The notes under the pieces are model-generated. The model did no database searches, had not been told where the DNA came from, and was given only the letters and a program-made list of their open reading frames with translations. Source: Candidatus Marinacidobacterium sp. (GTDB taxonomy: Bacteria; Acidobacteriota; Vicinamibacteria; Marinacidobacterales; Marinacidobacteraceae). Taken from it: a DNA stretch of 64,000 nucleotides. A program made the position numbers and the translations under genes. The DNA lies in contig OZ244852.1 in NCBI GenBank assembly GCA_965220965.1, positions 2,496,001 to 2,560,000 on the forward strand, in the 5' to 3' direction. This document shows, in pieces, positions 57,708 through 64,000 of the stretch (its first letter is position 1; each line of letters begins with the position of its first letter).

Positions 57708-59009
57708 TCAGCGGCGCGCCAGCGCGGCGAGCGCCGCCTCCAGCCGGCGCTCCGCCGCCCCGTCTCCGCGGAAACGCTCCAGAGCGCGCCGCAGCACCCG
57801 CTCGGCGTCCGGGCGACTCCCGCCCTCGGCGAACACCCGGGCGAGCAGGATGTGCCGCTCGAAGTCGTCCGGGAACTCGACGAGGAACCGCTGGGCCCCC
57901 CGCAGCGCGAGCGGCAGGTCCCCGTGGCGCAGCGCGTGGAGCACGAAGGCGGAGGCCGGACGGAATACCTCGGGCCGATGCTCCGCCTCACCAAGGAGCC
58001 GCGCCGATTCGTCGGCGAACGCGCTCCGCCGTTCGAACTCGGCGAAGAGCGGCGCCGCCCCCTCCTGATCTCCCCGGCGGGCGAGCAGCCGGGCCAGCGC
58101 GATCCGGGCCTCGTTGAGCGCCGGATCCGCCGCCAGGGCGCGGCGGAGCGCCGTTTCGGCCTCGTCGCCGCGCCCCGCGTCGCGCAGCGCCCGGCCGAGG
58201 CCCAGCCACGCCTCGGCATTCGTCGGCGCCTCCGCCACCACCGCCTCGAAGATCGGGAGCGCCTCCGCGCCGCTCCCCTGTCGCACCAGGATGCCGGCCA
58301 GCCGGAACGCCGCCGGTCCCGCCGGGCCGGTCTCCTCCATGAGCCGCCGCAGGTCGCTCTCCGCTTCGCCGCCGCGCCCCACGCTGTCGAGCAGTTCGGC
58401 GCGCAGCAGCCTGCCCCCCCGGTGCCCCGGGTCCACACTCAGGAGCGACTCGGTCAGGACGAAGGCTTCCTCGGTGCGCAACATGCGGGCGAGCGTGACC
58501 GCCCGTCCGTGGATCGCCGCCGGGTGCTCCCGGTGGCGTCCGAAGCGCTCGAGCGCCCGCTGATGGGATCGGAACTCCGCGAAGAGTCGGCCCGCTTCGA
58601 TATCGGCTTCGGGTCGCGGCGCTTCGCCGGCGTCCGGCGGGGCGCGGTCGAAGGCCTCGAGGGCGTCGAGCGGCCTCAGCGCCCGCCGGAGAAGGACGCC
58701 GGTCGCGATCCAGCCGTCGGACCCCAGGCGCGGCGCCGCCACCTCGATGGCCTCGGCCAGTTCGGGAGCGGGACCCGCTTCCCGGGCCAGCCGCCAGAGA
58801 ACGCGCCGGCCTTCCTCGGAGCCGGGATCCTCCTCGAAGGCTTCCGCGAGCGGAGCGAGCGCCGCGACCGCCCGACCCTCCGACAGCAACCGCTCCGCCC
58901 GCGCCGCCGGCGTCTCCGCCGAGGCGGCGAGAGCGCCCATCAGCAGGCTGGCCAGGACCAGCGCCCCGGCGCGCCGGCTACAACGGTTTGGATCGCGCGT
59001 CCGGTCCAT
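57708..59009 (-). CDS. Exported tetratricopeptide repeat protein
   Basis: Signal-like ALVLASLLMGALAASA; TPRs such as NAEAWLGLGRAL and ALAADPALNEARIALARLL. Confidence 0.8.
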   Translation of the reverse strand: MDRTRDPNRCSRRAGALVLASLLMGALAASAETPAARAERLLSEGRAVAALAPLAEAFEEDPGSEEGRRVLWRLAREAGPAPELAEAIEVAAPRLGSDGWIATGVLLRRALRPLDALEAFDRAPPDAGEAPRPEADIEAGRLFAEFRSHQRALERFGRHREHPAAIHGRAVTLARMLRTEEAFVLTESLLSVDPGHRGGRLLRAELLDSVGRGGEAESDLRRLMEETGPAGPAAFRLAGILVRQGSGAEALPIFEAVVAEAPTNAEAWLGLGRALRDAGRGDEAETALRRALAADPALNEARIALARLLARRGDQEGAAPLFAEFERRSAFADESARLLGEAEHRPEVFRPASAFVLHALRHGDLPLALRGAQRFLVEFPDDFERHILLARVFAEGGSRPDAERVLRRALERFRGDGAAERRLEAALAALARR

Positions 59010-59289
59010 CGGAGCCCCGGATCGGGAGACTCCGAAGACTCGTGCTGTCCCCCAACTAAACTGTTGACACAAGGCGCGATATCGCCGACCAGCGAAAGCG
59101 CCCATTGCGGGGAATGGTCCTTGCGTGGTACACATCCGGCGTTTCATGCCCAATTTCCAGACCGATCGCGTGGAACCGAGGCGTCCTCACGGGGCGACGC
59201 TCTTCGGTGACGCACATTCTCTCCGGGAGCCGTCAACGGCCGTTCCGGATGTTCGGTGTCCTGATTCTCGTCTCGTGAGGAGGTTCTTC

Positions 59290-62148
59290 ATGCGGAAGAC
59301 CGCAATGTTTGCGGCCGCGCTGCTTCTTGCCGCAGCCCCCGGCCTTGCCCAGCAGACCGGCTCCATCGTCGGGACGGCGATGGACGAGCAGGGAGCGGTG
59401 CTCCCGGGCGTCACGGTCACGGTGGACAGTGATGCGCTCATCACGTCCCGCTCGACCACGACGGGCGCCGGTGGCTCGTACAGCCACCCCGCGCTTCCGC
59501 CGGGTGAGTACAGCGTCACGTTCTCTCTGACCGGGTTCCAGACCGTGGTCCAGGAAGGCGTCCGGGTCGGTGTGGCCCGAACCCTCGAAGTGGACGCGAC
59601 GATGGGTCTCTCCGGGGTGGAGGAGACCGTCACCGTGACCGGCGAAGCGCCGGTCGTGGATGTGCGGAGCGCCACCGTCCAGACGAACATCGAGCAGGAG
59701 CTGCTCGAGGCCGTTCCGACCGGACGGAACCCGTGGGTCATGGCCGGGCTCGTGCCCGGGATGGTGACGACCCGGATCGACGTCGGCGGCAGCAACGGAA
59801 TGCAGCAGTACGGCATGGAGATCTTCGGCTCTTCCGCCACGATGCAGACCTTCCAGGTGGACGGGCTCAAGGTGAACTGGCCCGGCGGCACCGGCGGCTG
59901 GACGATGCAGTACTACGGCTTCTCGATGTACGAGGAGTTCAACTTCCAGACCTCGCAGCACACCGCCGAGTCCGATACCGGCGGCGTCCTGATGAACATG
60001 GTCGTGAAGTCGGGCGGGAACGAGTTCTCGGGCGACGTCATGGGTCTCTACAACGTCGTGGATCTGCAGGGTGAGCCCGCCGAAGCCGGTGGCGCTCCGA
60101 TCACCAGGTCCATCGACATCAATGGCACCCTCGGTGGTCCGATCGTTCGCGACAAGGCGTGGTTCTTCGGCGCCTACCGCGACTGGATCCACGACCAGGA
60201 AGTGACCGTTCCTTCCTCGTACGTCGGCGCCACCCCGATCGACGACAACCGGATCCGGAACCTCAGCGGCAAGTTCACGCTGCAGGCCACGGAGAATGAC
60301 CGGCTTTCGGTGACGCTCCAGCGGAACTGGAAGGATCGCTACCACCGGCGCGACGCCCCCTATACGGCCGTTGCGGACGAGCTGGCGCGCTTCCAGGACC
60401 AGTGGGCTGACAACTACATCGCCTCCTACAACCGGGTGCTCGGCGACGCGGCGCTCCTCGACCTGCGCTTCGGCCGCATGGTCGGCGTGACGCCCTACAT
60501 CCTCTACTCCGAGTACTGCGGCATCCCGGTGGACGAGTATCCGGACGCGCGCGCCTGCACCGAGAACGACATCGCGGTACGCGATCCGGTCCGGCGGGAA
60601 CTGTTCAACGCGGATCCGCGCGGCGAGTCCTGGGGTCCGAACCATCGGAACCAGTTCAACGGTTCGCTGACCTACTACGTGGACACGGCCGGCGGCTCCC
60701 ACAACTTCAAGGTGGGCGGCCAGGCTTCCCGCGAGTTCATCGAGAGCCGTCAGTTCAAGAGCGGCGACGCTTTCGGCGAGCTGAGCGACGGCGTGCCCGA
60801 TCGGATCAACATCTCCCGGACGCCGAAGACCTCGCACGAGCGGCTGAACACCTGGGGCATCTACGCCCAGGACGCCTGGACGATCGGCAACCGGCTGACG
60901 CTGAACCTCGGCGTCCGCCTCGACGGGATCTACGGCTACGTGCCGGTGCAGAGCAGTCCGGCGGGTACCTGGACGGCGCTCTCCGAGCAGCTCTCCGACG
61001 CCGTCTTCGAGGTGACTTCCGAGATCACCGGGCTTCCTGACTGGCCGATGAACATCGCTCCGCGGCTGAGCTTCGCCTACGACCTGTTTGGCGACGGCCG
61101 CGCCGCGCTGAAGGGTGGCTGGGGTCGCTACTACACCCAGATGGGCAATGGCCTCTCCTCGGGCGCGAACCCGAACGCCGGCGCCTCGGCGTGGGTCGGC
61201 TGGAACGACCTCGACGGCGACAAGCTGGTGGACCTGGGTCCCTCGGGCACCCTGGTGGACAGCCCCGAAATCGATCTCAGCCGGTTCGAGGGCTTCACCG
61301 GCGGCGCCACGACGGTCTACGACCAGGACGCCAACCGGCCCTACAGCGACGACATCTCGCTCGGCGTGGACATGACGCTCGGGACCGAGGTCTCGTTCAG
61401 CGCCACGTACCACCGGCGCCAGCACCGCGACTCGCTCGGGACGCGGAACCTCGCCCGGCCGACTTCGGCCTACACCCTGAGCAGCTTCGAATGCGCGACC
61501 TGCCCGCAGCAGACCTACGAGGTCTACGAGCTGCAGGAGGCGTACCGGGGCCTGCAGCAGAACGTCATCACGAGCATCGACACGCTCCAGACGAACTACA
61601 ACGGTGTGGCGCTCCAGCTCCAGAAGCGGTTCTCGAACCGCTGGCAGTTGCTCGGCGGCGCGACGTTCTCGAGCCACCGCGGGATTCCCCACGCGTTGCC
61701 CTGGGACGGAACCGACTGGAACAACCCGAACCGGGAAATCAACCGGCTCGACGGCGCGGTCCTGACGGATGTGCCGTGGGTGTTCAATGTGGCGGGCAGC
61801 TACCTCGCCCCGGGTGATGTCCAGATCGGCTGGAACTACCGCGCCCGCGCCGGCAACCCGCTGGTTTCGACGGCTCGCGCGACGGGCCTCGTTCAGGGCT
61901 CGGAGACCATCTACGCCTACGAGCGTGGCGACGAGCGCACCGAGACGATCACCGATCTGCTCGACATCAACATCCGCAAGTCGTTCGAACTCGATCAGGC
62001 CCGGATCGAGATCGGCGCCGACATGGCGAACCTCTTCAACTCGCAGAAGGCGGACGCGCTGAACACGAGCTTCGGCTCGAACTACCTGCAGCCGTCCCGC
62101 GTGCTGCCGCCGCGGATCATCCGCGTCACGGCGAAGCTGAGCTTCTGA
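59290..62148 (+). CDS. TonB-dependent receptor (Oar-like, N-terminal carboxypeptidase-regulatory-like domain)
   Basis: GAGGAGG Shine-Dalgarno; DEQGAVLPGVTVT, ETVTVTGEAPVVD, KSGGNEFSG, GGPIVRDKAWFF, YAQDAW, PRLSFAYD, C-terminal KLSF. Confidence 0.93.
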   Translation: MRKTAMFAAALLLAAAPGLAQQTGSIVGTAMDEQGAVLPGVTVTVDSDALITSRSTTTGAGGSYSHPALPPGEYSVTFSLTGFQTVVQEGVRVGVARTLEVDATMGLSGVEETVTVTGEAPVVDVRSATVQTNIEQELLEAVPTGRNPWVMAGLVPGMVTTRIDVGGSNGMQQYGMEIFGSSATMQTFQVDGLKVNWPGGTGGWTMQYYGFSMYEEFNFQTSQHTAESDTGGVLMNMVVKSGGNEFSGDVMGLYNVVDLQGEPAEAGGAPITRSIDINGTLGGPIVRDKAWFFGAYRDWIHDQEVTVPSSYVGATPIDDNRIRNLSGKFTLQATENDRLSVTLQRNWKDRYHRRDAPYTAVADELARFQDQWADNYIASYNRVLGDAALLDLRFGRMVGVTPYILYSEYCGIPVDEYPDARACTENDIAVRDPVRRELFNADPRGESWGPNHRNQFNGSLTYYVDTAGGSHNFKVGGQASREFIESRQFKSGDAFGELSDGVPDRINISRTPKTSHERLNTWGIYAQDAWTIGNRLTLNLGVRLDGIYGYVPVQSSPAGTWTALSEQLSDAVFEVTSEITGLPDWPMNIAPRLSFAYDLFGDGRAALKGGWGRYYTQMGNGLSSGANPNAGASAWVGWNDLDGDKLVDLGPSGTLVDSPEIDLSRFEGFTGGATTVYDQDANRPYSDDISLGVDMTLGTEVSFSATYHRRQHRDSLGTRNLARPTSAYTLSSFECATCPQQTYEVYELQEAYRGLQQNVITSIDTLQTNYNGVALQLQKRFSNRWQLLGGATFSSHRGIPHALPWDGTDWNNPNREINRLDGAVLTDVPWVFNVAGSYLAPGDVQIGWNYRARAGNPLVSTARATGLVQGSETIYAYERGDERTETITDLLDINIRKSFELDQARIEIGADMANLFNSQKADALNTSFGSNYLQPSRVLPPRIIRVTAKLSF

Positions 62149-62201
62149 TCGGACCCTCCTCGTCTGGCGGGCGCTTTCGGCGTCCGCCGGACGGGACCCC
62201 G

Positions 62202-62235
62202 ACGGGGGAGCCTTTCCGGGCTCCCCCGTTTTTTT
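62202..62235 (+). terminator. Rho-independent terminator
   Basis: ACGGGGGAGCC / GGCTCCCCCGT stem followed by a T run; a second hairpin lies at 62166-62188. Confidence 0.9.
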
Positions 62236-62313
62236 GTGCATCAGGCCGGTCCGGCGCGCCGGGCCCGGCCACGAGGGATGGCCGTGGCATACTCGGCGCA
62301 CGAGCGAACGGCA

Positions 62314-63237
62314 ATGACGGCCCCCCGAAACCGCTGGCTGCTTCTCGGCGGGCTGGTTCCGGCCTTGGCGTTCGGTTGCGCGGGAGGCGAGGAGACCCAG
62401 GCGCCCGTGGACGCCGACGCCGCAATCCGGGCGGACGTCGAGGCGATGGCGGAGGACTTCGTCCAGCTTCGGAGGCTCACCGGGTTCGTCCACGAGATGC
62501 CCCTCGACGAGGCCTACCGCTGGCAGGACGAGCTGGTGGAGCTCCTCGGGATGGGTGAGGTCGTGGGCTACAAGACCGGCGGCCACGATCCGAACCCGCC
62601 GAACCCCAGCTTTCCTCCCGGCGGCATCCGCGCCCATCTCCTGTCCGGGATGTTCCGGGAGGACGGCGATGCGATCCGGGTGGACGAGACGCGCGCCGGC
62701 TTCCTCGAGGCCGACTTCGCGTTCCGGGTCGGGGACGCATCGATCAACACCGCCAGCACGGATCTCGAGGTCCTCGCGGGGCTGGGCGCCGTGGTCCCCT
62801 TCGCCGAGATCCCGGACCCGTTCTACGACCCGGACGACGCCACCGTGAACCGGATGATCGTGTCCAACATGATCTCCCGCTGGGCGTTCGCCGGGGAGGC
62901 GGTACCCATCGAGGCGACCGAGGAGTGGCTGGAGCGGATCCGCACGTTCGACTTCGCCGTGCTCGACGAAACCGACGCCGTCATCCAGGACGGCTCGATG
63001 GGTGAGTGGTACGACCCGATCGCCGCCGTCCGCTGGCTCCGGGATCAGCTTCTGGCGTCAGGCAAGCGCCTCGAGCCCGGCCACCTGCTCTCGCTCGGGA
63101 ACATCGGGATCATCCGTCAGATCCACGAGGGGTCCCCGAGGGGGCCGGCCTATGCCAGCGACGAGTTCCGGCTGGAGTACTACGGCCTGCGGGACGACGG
63201 CCTCCCGGCGACCGTCACGATCCGCATCGAACGCTGA
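62314..63237 (+). CDS. 2-keto-4-pentenoate hydratase-like (FAH superfamily) lipoprotein
   Basis: AFGC lipobox; AYRWQ, VVGYKTG, LEADFAF, FAEIPD, PIAAVRWL, LEPGHLLSLG. Confidence 0.75.
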   Translation: MTAPRNRWLLLGGLVPALAFGCAGGEETQAPVDADAAIRADVEAMAEDFVQLRRLTGFVHEMPLDEAYRWQDELVELLGMGEVVGYKTGGHDPNPPNPSFPPGGIRAHLLSGMFREDGDAIRVDETRAGFLEADFAFRVGDASINTASTDLEVLAGLGAVVPFAEIPDPFYDPDDATVNRMIVSNMISRWAFAGEAVPIEATEEWLERIRTFDFAVLDETDAVIQDGSMGEWYDPIAAVRWLRDQLLASGKRLEPGHLLSLGNIGIIRQIHEGSPRGPAYASDEFRLEYYGLRDDGLPATVTIRIER

Positions 63238-63264
63238 TCGGAGCGCCGCGCGCCAGGCGCGCGT

Positions 63265-64000
63265 TCACTCCCTGGGCGGCGGGGCTGGCGTTCCGGGATC
63301 CGGCGGTACGAGTTCCAGAACGCCCTCCTCGCGCATGAAGGCCTCGATCTCGTCGACGGTGCGCGGCATGAAGTCGGTGAAGTTCTCCACGCCGTTCTCG
63401 GTGATGGCGACGACATCCTCCATCCGCACGTAGAGGCGCTCCTCGTGGACCCAGAGCATCGGGTCCAGCGCGAACACCAGCCCGGTCTCGAACGGGCGGC
63501 CCCGGTAGCTGCCGACATCGTGGACAGCGAGCCCGACCGGATGGGAGAGGTGACCGCGGAAGACGAGCGCCTCACGCGCGGCCTGTTCGTGGAGCGGGTT
63601 CGTGAAGCCGATTTCGTCGATCACCGGCTCCATCTCCGCGGCCGCCCCGTCGAGCACCTGGTCCGGCGTCACGCCGGGGCGCAGCCGGGCGAGGAGGGCC
63701 TCGGAGTAGCGCACGATGAACGTGTAGAGCTTCCGCTGGTCCGGGTCGAAGACCCCGTTGACCGGCCACATCCGCGCGATGTCGCTCGTGTAGTAGCGGT
63801 AGTCCGGAGCATGGTCCATCAGGATGAGCTCCCCGTCCTTCAGTTCGGCGTCGTTCCGGTAGTAGTGGCCGAAGTACGCGTTCGTCCCGGTGGCGGTGAT
63901 CGACCGGTACCCCTGTCCCTGCGCCCCGTTGATGGCGTAGATGTAGCGGGCGGCGGCGTCGAGCTGGTACTCGTAGAGGCCCGGGCGGGTGGACCGCATC
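63265..64000 (-). CDS. Xaa-Pro aminopeptidase (M24), 5' part outside the window
   Basis: ILMD..PDYRYYTSDIAR, SHPVGLAVHD, FALDP, VRMED. Confidence 0.88.
   Translation of the reverse strand, partial: MRSTRPGLYEYQLDAAARYIYAINGAQGQGYRSITATGTNAYFGHYYRNDAELKDGELILMDHAPDYRYYTSDIARMWPVNGVFDPDQRKLYTFIVRYSEALLARLRPGVTPDQVLDGAAAEMEPVIDEIGFTNPLHEQAAREALVFRGHLSHPVGLAVHDVGSYRGRPFETGLVFALDPMLWVHEERLYVRMEDVVAITENGVENFTDFMPRTVDEIEAFMREEGVLELVPPDPGTPAPPPRE

Noticed and set aside
59010-59289. Possible riboswitch in the long leader of the TonB receptor
   Set aside because: No cobalamin, TPP or SAM consensus recognised; only promoter-like hexamers such as TTGACA at 59064.

Overview
High-GC bacterial chromosomal segment. 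Gene content (Oar-type TonB receptor, VPS10/BNR hydrolase, many exported peptidases, ANK/TPR/NHL proteins) suggests Acidobacteriota, possibly a marine or host-associated lineage; this is inference only. About 52 CDS and one tRNA-Ser(CGA) are supported. Most encode exported hydrolases and peptidases, two ABC importers, argGH, tadA and a SNF2 helicase. The most notable part is a defence island at about 32.5-43.9 kb. It holds a compositionally foreign HEPN-like/NB-ARC/helical-repeat (NLR-like) protein, a dcm-vsr-EcoRII-like restriction-modification cassette, a second foreign HEPN-like orphan, a hipBA-like module, and an MNT antitoxin whose HEPN partner survives only as a 45-codon relic. Other oddities are an exported EEP nuclease whose only usable start codon lies inside the tRNA-Ser gene, a SNF2 gene apparently needing a non-canonical start and paired with a SWIM-like protein lacking its zinc ligands, an orphan CapV-like patatin next to a MITE-like element, and an XRE-ImmA regulator with a 42-bp tandem-repeat insertion and an altered HExxH motif. 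All family calls come from visual motif recognition; no searches were run.
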